Shown here: positions 8,738-17,683 of the stretch, piece after piece | How positions within the stretch are numbered: position 1 is the first letter of the stretch | Layout of the letters: each line of letters starts with the position of its first letter | Source of the DNA: Solirubrobacteraceae bacterium | GTDB taxonomy: Bacteria > Actinomycetota > Thermoleophilia > Solirubrobacterales > Solirubrobacteraceae | Reading direction: 5' to 3' | DNA: 47,701 nucleotides | Assembly (NCBI GenBank): GCA_035552815.1 | Contig: DASZKU010000012.1 | Coordinates: 1-47,701, forward strand | Position numbers and translations under genes: made by a program | The notes under the pieces: generated by a model | The model's database searches: none | What the model saw: only the letters and a program-made list of their open reading frames with translations | What the model was told of the DNA's origin: nothing

Positions 8738-10237
8738 GTGCACGCGACGCTCCTCATCGCCCGTCTCGTCCTCGCCGGCGTCTTCGCGCTGGCCTCGGTG
8801 ACCAAGCTCGCCGACCTCCGGGGATCGCGTGCCGCGGTCGCCGGCTTCGGCGTCGCCGAGCGGGTCGCGGGCCCGCTCGGCACCCTGCTCCCGCTCGCCG
8901 AGCTGGCGATCGCCGCGGCGCTGCTCCCGGCCGGCACCGCGTGGATAGGCGCGCTCGGCGCGGCCGCGCTCCTGATCGTGTTCATCGCCGCCATCGCCCG
9001 GAGCATGGCCCGCGGCGAGGCGCCCGACTGTCACTGCTTCGGCCAGCTCCATTCCGAGCCCGCCGGACGGCGGACCCTCGTGCGCAATCTCTTGCTCCTC
9101 GCCCTTGCGGCCTTCGTCGCCGCCGGCGGCGCGAGCGGTGCCGGGACGAGCGCGACCGCGTGGGTGGGCCGCCTCCACGGTGCCGGAGCCATGGCCACGG
9201 GCGGCGGACTCGCCCTCGCCGTGCTGGCCGCCCTTATCGGTTGGGGGCTGCTCGCCCTGCTCAGGCAGAACGGGCGCATGCTCCTGCGCATCGAGGAGCT
9301 CGAGGCTCAGCTCGAGGCCCAGCTCGACCCCACCGGCACGCCGCGCACAGCCCCACCGCGCACGGCCCCGACGCACCACGGCCTTGCCCTCGGCGAGCCG
9401 GCGCCGGGGTTCGCGCTGGCCGGGCTCTACGGCGAGAGCGTGACGCTCGAGTCGCTGATCTCCAGCGAGACGCCGGTGATGCTCCTGTTCACCGATCCGG
9501 CGTGCGGGCCGTGCAGCGCCCTGATGCCGCAGATCGCCGCCTGGCAGCGCGACCTCTCCGGGGTACTGACGATCGCCGTGCTCACCCGCGGCTCGCCGCA
9601 GGACAACCGTGCCAAGGCGCGCGAGCACGCCGTCGCCAACGTGTGGCTCGACGACGGGCTCGCCGCCTACCACGCCTACCGGATCCAGGGCACACCGGGC
9701 GCGGTGCTCATCGACCGCCAGGGACTGATCGCCAGCGACGTCGTCGGCGGCGCGGAAGCGATCTCCACGCTGGTTGAGAACCTCACCCGCGCGCCCAAGC
9801 TCCCGGTCGTCCACGTCGCGGGCCGCCAAATGGCTTCTGTGGGCGCGCCTGCGCCTGCCCTCGAGCTCAGCGATCTCAGCGGCGATCCCGTCGCCGTGTC
9901 CGTGCCCGACCGCGACACCCTCGTCCTCTTCTGGAACCCGGGGTGCGGCTTCTGCGCACAGATGCTCGACGACCTCCGCTCCTTCGAGCGCTCGGCACCG
10001 CCCGAGGCGCCGCGGCTCGTCCTCATCTCGACCGGGTCGGTGGCCGACAACGAGGGCCTCGCCCTGGAGTCTCCGATCGCCCTCGACGACGGATTTGCCG
10101 CCGGTGCTGCCTTCGGGAGCACGGGTACCCCATCGGCGGTCCTCGTCGACCGGGAGGGAAGGATCGCGTCCGACCTCGCCCTGGGAGCACCGGCCGTCAT
10201 GGCCCTCGCAAGCACCGCGAGCGAGATCGGAGCGTAG
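8738..10237 (+). CDS. MauE/DoxX membrane domain fused to two TlpA/MauD-like thioredoxin domains
   Basis: MauE-type helices with DCHCFG and LVRN motifs; redoxin domain 1 FTDPACGPC...GTP; redoxin domain 2 FWNPGCGFC...GTP. Start at GTG 8738. Confidence 0.88.
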   Translation: MHATLLIARLVLAGVFALASVTKLADLRGSRAAVAGFGVAERVAGPLGTLLPLAELAIAAALLPAGTAWIGALGAAALLIVFIAAIARSMARGEAPDCHCFGQLHSEPAGRRTLVRNLLLLALAAFVAAGGASGAGTSATAWVGRLHGAGAMATGGGLALAVLAALIGWGLLALLRQNGRMLLRIEELEAQLEAQLDPTGTPRTAPPRTAPTHHGLALGEPAPGFALAGLYGESVTLESLISSETPVMLLFTDPACGPCSALMPQIAAWQRDLSGVLTIAVLTRGSPQDNRAKAREHAVANVWLDDGLAAYHAYRIQGTPGAVLIDRQGLIASDVVGGAEAISTLVENLTRAPKLPVVHVAGRQMASVGAPAPALELSDLSGDPVAVSVPDRDTLVLFWNPGCGFCAQMLDDLRSFERSAPPEAPRLVLISTGSVADNEGLALESPIALDDGFAAGAAFGSTGTPSAVLVDREGRIASDLALGAPAVMALASTASEIGA

Positions 10238-11275
10238 ATGCGGAGAACCACCGAGAGCACGCTGGACACCCTGGCCCGCGGGCTCGCGAGCGGGGGTATG
10301 TCGCGCCGCGACGTGCTCCGCGCGGGAGGCGCCGCGTTCATCGGCGCGGCCGCGATGACCCCGGCCGACGCGTGGGCGGCGGTCACCGGTCGCTGCCCGG
10401 CGCACCGGGTCAAATGCCACGGGACGTGCTGCCCCAAGGGCGAGGTGTGCTTGGCGCCCAAGCACAAGGGCGGAAAGCGTCGCTGCGGCTGCCCCGGGCA
10501 CAAGACCCGATGCTCGGGCGCGTGCGTGGACATGACCAGCGATCACAACCACTGCGGCACATGCGGCCATAAGTGCGGCGCCGGTCAGAGCTGCGTCAAG
10601 GGTGCGTGCACGTGCCCCTCAGGCCAGGCCATGTGCTCGGGCGCGTGCGTCTCGCTGGCCGGCGACCCCGGGCATTGCGGCGCCTGCGGTAACGCCTGCC
10701 CCTCCGGACAGGCGTGCGTGTCGGGTCAGTGCGCCTCCTCGGGATGCCCGGCGGGACAAACGATCTGCGGGGGCACGTGCGTGAGCCTGGCCAGCGACCC
10801 ACAGCACTGCGGCGCGTGCGGGACGGTGTGTCAAGCGGGCTCGGTGTGCGCGAACGGCACCTGCACCTTTCAGTGCCCGGCCGGGGAGACCAACTGCGCC
10901 GGCGCCTGCGTGAACCTGTCGAGCGACCCCAACCACTGCGGCGCCTGCACCACTACGTGCCCGACCGGAACCACGTGCGGCAACGGCACGTGCAGCGGCT
11001 GCCCGGCGGGAACGACGCTGTGCGGGAACGCGTGCGTCAACCTCTCGAGCGACTTCAACAACTGCGGGAAGTGCGGCGCGAAGTGCTCGAGCTACTTCGC
11101 GACCTCGTCGTGCCAGAGCGGCACCTGTCACATCGACTCGTGTGTGCCCAACTGGTTCGACTGCGACGGGAACCCCCTCACCGGGTGCGAGTGCCTGAAG
11201 GCTGCAGCGGCACCATGTGCGCGCCGTAGGCGGCGGTCTATCCTCAGCGACCACCGTCGGCGTTCGAGTTGGTAG
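10238..11275 (+). CDS. Tat-signal, cysteine-rich repeat protein (five 8-Cys Stig1-like repeats)
   Basis: SRRDVL twin-arginine motif, hydrophobic stretch, AWA cleavage site; repeats CP-x5-C-x3-CV-x4-D-x2-[HN]CG-x-C-x3-C. The C-terminus is probably frameshifted (alternative stop at 11229). Confidence 0.85.
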   Translation: MRRTTESTLDTLARGLASGGMSRRDVLRAGGAAFIGAAAMTPADAWAAVTGRCPAHRVKCHGTCCPKGEVCLAPKHKGGKRRCGCPGHKTRCSGACVDMTSDHNHCGTCGHKCGAGQSCVKGACTCPSGQAMCSGACVSLAGDPGHCGACGNACPSGQACVSGQCASSGCPAGQTICGGTCVSLASDPQHCGACGTVCQAGSVCANGTCTFQCPAGETNCAGACVNLSSDPNHCGACTTTCPTGTTCGNGTCSGCPAGTTLCGNACVNLSSDFNNCGKCGAKCSSYFATSSCQSGTCHIDSCVPNWFDCDGNPLTGCECLKAAAAPCARRRRRSILSDHRRRSSW

Positions 11276-11324
11276 CGCGGGCGCCTAAGGGAGTGACCGA
11301 TGAGCGAACCCGAAAGGACGCCGC

Positions 11325-11672
11325 ATGTCTGCGAATCCTGCCATTGATCCAACGGTACCCCCGAGCGGGACCGGGTGTGTCGAGTGCCTGGCCGCCGACG
11401 GCTGGTGGCTCCACCTGCGCCGCTGCGCCCAGTGCGGGCACGTCGGCTGCTGCGACTCCTCGCCCTCCCAGCACGCGAGCAAGCACGCGGCCCACGAAGC
11501 GCACCCGATGATCCGGAGCTTCGAGCCCGGCGAGGACTGGTTCTGGAGCTACGCCACCGAGCAGTTCTACGAAGGTCCGCCGCTCGCCCCGCCCGAGCAT
11601 CATCCGCACGAGCAGCCCGTGCCCGGGCCGCGCGGGCGGGTCCCCGCCGACTGGCAGCGGCACCTGCACTAG
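11325..11672 (+). CDS. Stand-alone UBP-type zinc finger protein
   Basis: CVEC...WLHLRRCAQCGHVGCCDSSPSQHASKH...HP..RSFEPGEDW matches the zf-UBP pattern; AAGGA RBS. Confidence 0.92.
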   Translation: MSANPAIDPTVPPSGTGCVECLAADGWWLHLRRCAQCGHVGCCDSSPSQHASKHAAHEAHPMIRSFEPGEDWFWSYATEQFYEGPPLAPPEHHPHEQPVPGPRGRVPADWQRHLH

Positions 11673-11682
11673 CCGGCTGAGC

Positions 11683-12051
11683 TCAGACCGTCACGCCGCG
11701 ATCGGCGAGCCAGTCCGCTACCGCGCTCGGCGGATCGCCGTGCCACTGGGCGCGGGCGGCGAGGCGCATGAGCTCGAGGGGATCGCGGTCGTAGCTCGCA
11801 CGGCCGCCCTTACTGGCCAGGTAGAGGACGACGGCGGTGGCTACCGAGACGGCGGGGTTCTCGATCTCGTAGTCCGCGCCCTCGGCGGCGAGGGCGAGCC
11901 GTTCCTCGAGGTTATCGACGGCGGTGATCGGGGCGTCGTCGTCCTCGAGCTGCTCCTCGAAGTGCCCGAGATCGGCGTCGACATCATCGGGATCGCAGAC
12001 CTCGACCGCGCGCCGCACGAGGTCGGACACGGTGGGCGTCTTGGGCTCCAT
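11683..12051 (-). CDS. Hypothetical acidic protein (122 aa)
   Basis: C-terminal part of the ORF-track frame (MEPKTPTVSDLVRRAVEVCDP...) fills the gap between neighbours; TAGCAT -10 box 7 nt upstream. Confidence 0.7.
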   Translation of the reverse strand: MEPKTPTVSDLVRRAVEVCDPDDVDADLGHFEEQLEDDDAPITAVDNLEERLALAAEGADYEIENPAVSVATAVVLYLASKGGRASYDRDPLELMRLAARAQWHGDPPSAVADWLADRGVTV

Positions 12052-12096
12052 GGCCGGGATGCTACGCCCCCGCCGGTCATAGACTCTGGCCCGGCC

Positions 12097-12849
12097 ATGG
12101 ATACGCAAACCCTCCGCGAGCAGATGGCGACGGTCAAGTGGTTCCACACCATCGAGCTCGCTCCCGGCGTCGTCACGCCCGGCCCCGAGCCCACCGCCGA
12201 CCGGCTCGAGATCCTCAAGCTGCCCCGGGACCTGACGGGGAGAACGGTGCTCGACATCGGCGCCTGGGACGGCTTCTTCTCCTTCGAGGCGGAGCGGCGA
12301 GGGGCGAGCCGGGTGGTGGCCGCCGACAGCTTCGCCTGGAGCGGGGAGAGCTGGAGCAGCAAGGCGGGTTTCCAGCTCGCGCGCCGAGCGCTCGGCTCGG
12401 GGGTCGCGGACGTCGACATCGACGTCATGGACCTGGCGCCCGAGCGCATCGGCACCTTTGACGTGGTCCTCCTCCTCGGCGTCCTCTACCACCTGCGCCA
12501 TCCCCTGCTCGCTCTCGAGCGGGTGGCCAGCGTGACCGCCGATCAGCTCATCCTCGAGACCCACGTGGATCTCACCTGGACGCGCCGGCCGGCGATGGCC
12601 TTCTATCCGGGCATGGAGCTCGGCTGGGACCCGACGAACTGGTGGGGTCCCAATCCCGAAGCGGTCACCGCCATGCTCCACGTCGCCGGCTTCTCCCGGG
12701 TCGAGATCGTCACCCCCGACTCGGCGGCATACCGCCTGGCACGAGCGGTCGGACGGATCCCCCACTACTTCCAGACGCTGGCGCGACATCGCGTACGTCC
12801 CCCGGAGAATCTCGCCCAGGGGCGCGCCGTGTTCCATGCCTTCAGGTAA
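12097..12849 (+). CDS. SAM-dependent methyltransferase (CmoB/DUF1698-like)
   Basis: WFHTIEL N-terminus, VLDIGAWDGFFSF motif I, FDVVLLLGVLYHLRHP, NWWGPN. Confidence 0.88.
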   Translation: MDTQTLREQMATVKWFHTIELAPGVVTPGPEPTADRLEILKLPRDLTGRTVLDIGAWDGFFSFEAERRGASRVVAADSFAWSGESWSSKAGFQLARRALGSGVADVDIDVMDLAPERIGTFDVVLLLGVLYHLRHPLLALERVASVTADQLILETHVDLTWTRRPAMAFYPGMELGWDPTNWWGPNPEAVTAMLHVAGFSRVEIVTPDSAAYRLARAVGRIPHYFQTLARHRVRPPENLAQGRAVFHAFR

Positions 12850-12869
12850 CCGGCGGTAGGGTTGAGGGC

Positions 12870-13241
12870 ATGGCCGGCGAGCCGACGCTGATCATCCAGG
12901 TGTCCCGGGGCGGCGAGGTCGACCGCCGGCTCGAAGCGGAGCCGCCCGCGAGCGTGTCCGGCGGAGAGGTCGTCGTCGAGCGCGGCCCCACCGACGCCCG
13001 CGGACACCTCGAGCCCCCCGCCGCCGGCAAGGTCGTGCTCTCCGTGCTCTCCCCCGAGGCGCTCGCCCGCGAGGCCGACGAAGTTCGCCGCGTCATCGCG
13101 CACCCGGGCACTGGAGTCGAGCCGCTCGTCGTGGTCATCGAGGCCGCCGAGGAGCTGCGCGACGAGGAGATCGCAGTGCTCCTCGAGGCCGCGCGCGAGA
13201 GCCCGCGTCCGGTGATCCTGCGCGTCCTCCGCGACGGCTGA
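12870..13241 (+). CDS. Hypothetical protein (123 aa)
   Basis: MAGEPTLIIQV... has globular alpha/beta composition; TAGGGT -10 box 7 nt upstream. Confidence 0.7.
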   Translation: MAGEPTLIIQVSRGGEVDRRLEAEPPASVSGGEVVVERGPTDARGHLEPPAAGKVVLSVLSPEALAREADEVRRVIAHPGTGVEPLVVVIEAAEELRDEEIAVLLEAARESPRPVILRVLRDG

Positions 13242-13262
13242 GCGTCCCGCGCGCCTGTTGGC

Positions 13263-13616
13263 CTAGGCGGAGTCCTCGGAGCTGTAGGGATCGTCTTCGC
13301 CGCGGACCTCGCGGTAGCGGCGGTCGAAGAGCTCGAGCACGGCGGTGACGTCCGCCGGCCCGTGGATGCCGTGACTGACCCCGTAGGAATCGGGGGTGGT
13401 GTCGGCCTGCTCGGCGTCGCCGCGCTCGATGAGCTCGTCGTGCTCGGCGCCCAGGAAGGGCAGCTCGGCGATCCCCCGGTCGTGGTAGAGGACGCCGAGC
13501 TCGGCCTCTTCGTAGAGCACGCGGGCGGCGCCGTCAGCGCGCCGCTCGATGCTCACCCCGGGCCACAGGTCGAGCTCGTTGGCGATCTCATCGACGAGCG
13601 CAGGCACGTCAGACAC
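13263..13616 (-). CDS. Hypothetical protein, possibly DUF5519/luciferase-like family
   Basis: WPGV...ELG.L...AELPF....DELIE.G.A pattern; TAGGAT -10 box 6 nt before the GTG start. Confidence 0.65.
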   Translation of the reverse strand: MSDVPALVDEIANELDLWPGVSIERRADGAARVLYEEAELGVLYHDRGIAELPFLGAEHDELIERGDAEQADTTPDSYGVSHGIHGPADVTAVLELFDRRYREVRGEDDPYSSEDSA

Positions 13617-13640
13617 CGGTTGATCCTACCGCTCGGCCGA

Positions 13641-14111
13641 TCAGCCGACGGCGCTGCGCTGGAGGAGGACGATGAGCGACTGGAGCGCCTCCGCGGTGGT
13701 CGAGAGCGCCTCGACCTGATCGTCGGACATCTCGGCCAGGTAGGAGCGCAGAGCGATCTGCGTCTCGGCCCGGAAGCGCTCGAGCGCAACCCGGCCGGAG
13801 TCGGTGACCGAGACGAGCACGACGCGACCGTCGCGCGCCTGACGCTCGCGCCGCACCAGTCCGTGTTTCTCGAGCTCCTTGACGAGCAGGGTCATCGTCG
13901 GCTGTGCCAGCCCCTCGAGCTCGGCGAGCTCGGTGACCCGGCGGGGCCCGGCGTCGAGGGTGTTGAGGACGCCGGCCTCGGTGCGCGTGAGATCGCCGTC
14001 CAACCGCTTGGTGAGCAGCCGCGTCAGCAGCGCCGCCCGCGAGAGGAGCTGACCGGAGACGAACTCGATCTGCTCGACGCGCTTGAGGTTGGTATCGGCC
14101 ACGGTACTCAT
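13641..14111 (-). CDS. MarR family transcriptional regulator
   Basis: RVTELAELEGLAQPTMTLLVKELEKHGLVRRE...DGRVVLVSVTDSG winged helix. Confidence 0.93.
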   Translation of the reverse strand: MSTVADTNLKRVEQIEFVSGQLLSRAALLTRLLTKRLDGDLTRTEAGVLNTLDAGPRRVTELAELEGLAQPTMTLLVKELEKHGLVRRERQARDGRVVLVSVTDSGRVALERFRAETQIALRSYLAEMSDDQVEALSTTAEALQSLIVLLQRSAVG

Positions 14112-14218
14112 ATTGACGCTCTATATTGTTCCACGATACACTTAATACAACACAAACCTTGACTCGGAGCCTCCGTTTCCGGCAGGCTCCTGCCCCACCC
14201 GAGCGAAGGAGGGGGGTC

Positions 14219-14746
14219 GTGTTCTTGAACATCCTGGTCGCCGTCGATGGCTCTCCCCACGCCGACCAGGCTCTCACCCAGGCGATCGATCTCGCGGAGA
14301 GCGAGAACGCCCGCCTGACCCTGATGACCGCCGTCAGAGAGCTGCCGGCGACGACGTACCTGACGGCAGGCGGAGTGACCGGCACCCTGATCGAGGAAGG
14401 TCGCACCGAAGCCGAGGGAATCCTCGGCCGAGCCCGCGACCGCGTGCCCGACGACCTCCCCGTGACCACGCTCCTCACCGAGCAGCCGATCCGGCTCGCG
14501 CTCATCCGCCAGATCAAGCGAGGCCGCCACGATCTCGTGGTCATGGGCTCGCGGGGCCGGGGCGCGCTGTGCGCCGCCCTACTCGGGAGCGTGAGCCACT
14601 ACCTGCTCCACCACAGTCCCGTTCCCGTGCTCATCGTGCAGGCCGCCGAGGGCGCGCCGGCGAACTCGGCGGCGACATCGCCGGAGCCACGCGAACGGCG
14701 CTACGCCCAGCCCACGCTGTCACCCACACCGCGCGCGGCGAACTAG
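14219..14746 (+). CDS. Universal stress protein (USP)
   Basis: ILVAVDGSPHA N-terminus; DLVVMGSRGRG...LLGSVSHYLLHHSPVPVLIV; AAGGAGG RBS before GTG 14219. Confidence 0.93.
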   Translation: MFLNILVAVDGSPHADQALTQAIDLAESENARLTLMTAVRELPATTYLTAGGVTGTLIEEGRTEAEGILGRARDRVPDDLPVTTLLTEQPIRLALIRQIKRGRHDLVVMGSRGRGALCAALLGSVSHYLLHHSPVPVLIVQAAEGAPANSAATSPEPRERRYAQPTLSPTPRAAN

Positions 14747-14803
14747 CGCCGTCGGCCGCTCAGGCGTGAGAGCCGCCGCTTCCCGCGGCGGCTTGCTTTT
14801 CGC

Positions 14804-14833
14804 TTGACAGGTGACCATTTAGTCACATATCAT
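14804..14833 (+). promoter_or_regulatory. Sigma70-type promoter with palindromic ArsR operator
   Basis: TTGACA (14804), 18-bp spacer, TATCAT (14828). The spacer contains GTGAC-CATTTA-GTCAC. ATG follows 7 nt after the -10 box. Confidence 0.8.
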
Positions 14834-14840
14834 CCCGTCC

Positions 14841-15602
14841 ATGGACGCCGTGTTCAAGGCCCTCGCCGATCCCACCCGCCGCACCCTCCTCGACGAGCTC
14901 TTCAAGGAGGACGGGCAGACCCTGGGCGCCCTCGAGGCGCGGCTCCCGATGACGCGCTTCGGGGTGATGAAGCACCTGCGCGTGCTCGAGGAGGCCGGGC
15001 TCGTGGTCACCCGCCGGCGCGGGCGCGAGAAGCTGCATTTCCTGAACCCCGTCCCGATCCGGCTCGTCCACGACCGCTGGGTGAGCAAATACGCGGCGCC
15101 CTGGGCAGCGACCCTGAGCGACCTCAAGCACAAACTGGAGGACAAGACGATGGAGAAGGTGTTCGAGATCTACATCAAGACGACCCCCGAACGGCTGTGG
15201 GAGGCGATCACCAACAGCGACCTGCGCGCGAAGTACACCTTCGGCGTGGGCGTGGAGTCCGACTGGACGCCGGGGTCGCGCTACGCGGCGGGCCAGCCGG
15301 GGACACCGATCAGCGAGGGCGAGAACCTCGAGGTCGATCCCCCGCGCCGGCTCGTACAGAGCTTCCAAGCGCTGTGGAGCGACGACGTCAAGGCCGAGGG
15401 CACCTCGCGCGTGACCTGGGAGATCGAGCAGGTCGCCGATTCATGCCGGCTCACCGTCGTCCACGACCAGCTCCGCGAGGGCGCGCACGGCGAGCTCTAC
15501 GGCGGCTGGCCGATGATCCTCTCGGGCCTGAAGACGCTGCTCGAGACGGGCGAGACGCTGACCACTCCCGGCTCGCTGCTTTACGCCCAGCCGGCCGTCT
15601 GA
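14841..15602 (+). CDS. ArsR/SmtB HTH fused to SRPBCC (Aha1-like) ligand-binding domain
   Basis: VFKALADPTRR...VMKHLRVLEEAGLV HTH, then IYIKTTPERLWEAIT...GGWPMILSGLKTLLETG SRPBCC domain. Confidence 0.92.
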   Translation: MDAVFKALADPTRRTLLDELFKEDGQTLGALEARLPMTRFGVMKHLRVLEEAGLVVTRRRGREKLHFLNPVPIRLVHDRWVSKYAAPWAATLSDLKHKLEDKTMEKVFEIYIKTTPERLWEAITNSDLRAKYTFGVGVESDWTPGSRYAAGQPGTPISEGENLEVDPPRRLVQSFQALWSDDVKAEGTSRVTWEIEQVADSCRLTVVHDQLREGAHGELYGGWPMILSGLKTLLETGETLTTPGSLLYAQPAV

Positions 15603-15628
15603 GCCCTGGCAGCCCGGCCGGGCGTGGC

Positions 15629-16432
15629 TCACACCCGGCCGGGCACCAGGCGCAGCCGCGCGGGCAGGAACGGCAGCACCGCCCGCTTGACGTACTCGGC
15701 GCCGCCGGCCACCAGGGCCTTGCGGACGATGACCGGGGGCAGGGGCGAGAAGTCGTACTGGCGGCGGATCTGGTCGGGGAGGAGCGCGATGGTGACGAAG
15801 TTCACCGTCTCCACCAGCGGTCGCGCCTGCCACGGCGTCGGGGGCTCGAGGACGATGCGCTTGGCCTGCTCGCGGGCCCAGTCGGTGACGTAGAGCCGGT
15901 CGCCCTCGAGCATCCGGTACCGGTAGGCGTCGAGGTCCTCGAGCGTGGCCGGGAGGTCGCGCTGGGCGAGCCCGAAGAGCCGGCCGACGACCTTGTAGTC
16001 CTCCCAGTACGCCGCCTCGTCCTCGCGCGAGAGCGAGCCCACGTACTTGCGGTAGACGACGACGGCCGAGTCCACGAGGGTGAAGAGCACCCAGAGCAGG
16101 AGCGCGGGATCGTCGGCCCGGTAGGGCGTGCCCGCCGGATAGGGACCTACCGCTTCGCTGAGCTGCCCGCGGACGCGCCGGTGCATGGCACGGACGCGCC
16201 GCGTCACCGCGTCGGCGTCGGCGCGCGAGCCGAAGCCGATGGTCCCGAGCGTCTTGGCGGTGCGCGCGAGGCGCTCGTAGGGCGCCTCGAGCGCGCTCGT
16301 GTGGGCGAGGAGCCCCGAGACGGCGAGCGGGTGGGCGGCCTGCATCAGTAGCGCACGGGGACCGGAGAGCGCGAGGGCACGCTCGCGGTGGATCCGGCGC
16401 AGAACCGAAGTGTCGTCGAAGTACCCGTCCAT
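15629..16432 (-). CDS. Oxygenase MpaB/DUF2236 family protein
   Basis: GPRALLMQAAHP, RLART, VRAMHRRVRG, YRADDPALLLWV motifs. Confidence 0.9.
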   Translation of the reverse strand: MDGYFDDTSVLRRIHRERALALSGPRALLMQAAHPLAVSGLLAHTSALEAPYERLARTAKTLGTIGFGSRADADAVTRRVRAMHRRVRGQLSEAVGPYPAGTPYRADDPALLLWVLFTLVDSAVVVYRKYVGSLSREDEAAYWEDYKVVGRLFGLAQRDLPATLEDLDAYRYRMLEGDRLYVTDWAREQAKRIVLEPPTPWQARPLVETVNFVTIALLPDQIRRQYDFSPLPPVIVRKALVAGGAEYVKRAVLPFLPARLRLVPGRV

Positions 16433-16459
16433 GGTGCCTCTCTGTAGTAGCAGTAGTCG

Positions 16460-17545
16460 CTACTCGGCGAGCTCGATCACTTCCGGGTCAGCGTCGATCA
16501 CTTCCGGGTCAGCGCTCGCGCTCGCCTCGCGCCGGGCGACCTCCGCACGCACCACGGGCGCGACCTCGGTCCCGAAGAGCTCCATCGAGCGGAGCACGTC
16601 GCGGTGGGCCACGGCCCCCACGCTCATCTGCGCGATGTAGCGCTGATGGCCGAAGAGCTCGTGCTCGTAGAGGAGCTTCTCGGCGACCTGCTCGGGCGAC
16701 CCCACGGCGAGGGCGCCGCGCGGCGAGCGCAGCGTCTCGTAGGCGGCGCGGCCCGAGGGCGGCCAGCCCCGCTCGCGCCCGATCCGGTTCATCATCGCCA
16801 GGTAGGGCGCGGCGAAGGCGGCGTCGGCCTCCTGTGAGGTCTCGGCCACGAAGGCGTGGGTGTTGATGGCGACAGAGAGCGTGGCGGGATCGTGTCCGGT
16901 CTGCCGGGCGGCGTCGCGATAGAGCTCGACGAGGGGGGCGAAGCGCTCGGGCTCGCCGCCGATGATGGCGATGGTGAGCGGGAGGCCGAGGGTGGCGGCG
17001 CGCACCACCGAACCGGGCGTCCCCCCGACGGCGACCCATACGGGGAGGGGATCCTGCACCGGGCGCGGCCAGACGCCGGCGTCGTCGAGCGGGGCGCGGT
17101 GGCGGCCCGACCAGCTCACTCGGGCCTGGTCGCGGATCTTGAGCAGGAGCTCGAGCTTCTCGGCGTAGAGCTCGTCGTAGTCGTCGAGGTCGTAGCCGAA
17201 GAGCGGGAAGGACTCGATGAAGGAGCCGCGGCCGGCCATGATCTCGGCGCGGCCGCCGGAGAGGAGGTCGACCTCGGCGAACTGCTGGAAGACGCGCACC
17301 GGGTCATCGGAGCTGAGCACGGTGACGGCGCTCGAGAGGCGGATGTTCTTCGTGCGCACCGCCGCCGCACCGAGCACGACGGCCGGTGAGGAGACGAGAA
17401 AGTCGGGGCGGTGATGCTCGCCGATGGCGAAGACATCGAGGCCGAGCTGATCGGCGAGCTCGGCCTCCTCGAGCAGGTCGCACATGCGCTGCTCGGGCGA
17501 GGTCGAACCGGCGAGGTCGGCGAAGGTGGCAAGTCCAAGTTCCAT
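16460..17545 (-). CDS. LLM class flavin-dependent oxidoreductase
   Basis: [47 protein letters not shown] motifs; TATGCT -10 box 6 nt before ATG. Confidence 0.94.
   Translation of the reverse strand: MELGLATFADLAGSTSPEQRMCDLLEEAELADQLGLDVFAIGEHHRPDFLVSSPAVVLGAAAVRTKNIRLSSAVTVLSSDDPVRVFQQFAEVDLLSGGRAEIMAGRGSFIESFPLFGYDLDDYDELYAEKLELLLKIRDQARVSWSGRHRAPLDDAGVWPRPVQDPLPVWVAVGGTPGSVVRAATLGLPLTIAIIGGEPERFAPLVELYRDAARQTGHDPATLSVAINTHAFVAETSQEADAAFAAPYLAMMNRIGRERGWPPSGRAAYETLRSPRGALAVGSPEQVAEKLLYEHELFGHQRYIAQMSVGAVAHRDVLRSMELFGTEVAPVVRAEVARREASASADPEVIDADPEVIELAE
16473..16514. repeat. 21-bp tandem duplication in the LLM C-terminus (ADPEVI x2)
   Basis: TCGATCACTTCCGGGTCAGCG x2. Confidence 0.85.
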
Positions 17546-17619
17546 GCCCTCAGCATAGCAAACGGTTGAGGGCGCAATCAGTTGTGGCCCGCGCCGGGTG
17601 CGGGAGCGGTGGCGGGGAG

Positions 17620-17680
17620 CGCGGCTCGCGGCCCGCGGCCCGCGGCCCGCGGCCCGGGGCTCGCGGCTCGCGGCCCGCGG
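17620..17680. repeat. 7-bp GC-rich microsatellite (GCGGCCC/GCGGCTC)
   Basis: About 8 degenerate consecutive copies in an intergenic region. Confidence 0.75.
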
Positions 17681-17683
17681 CGG

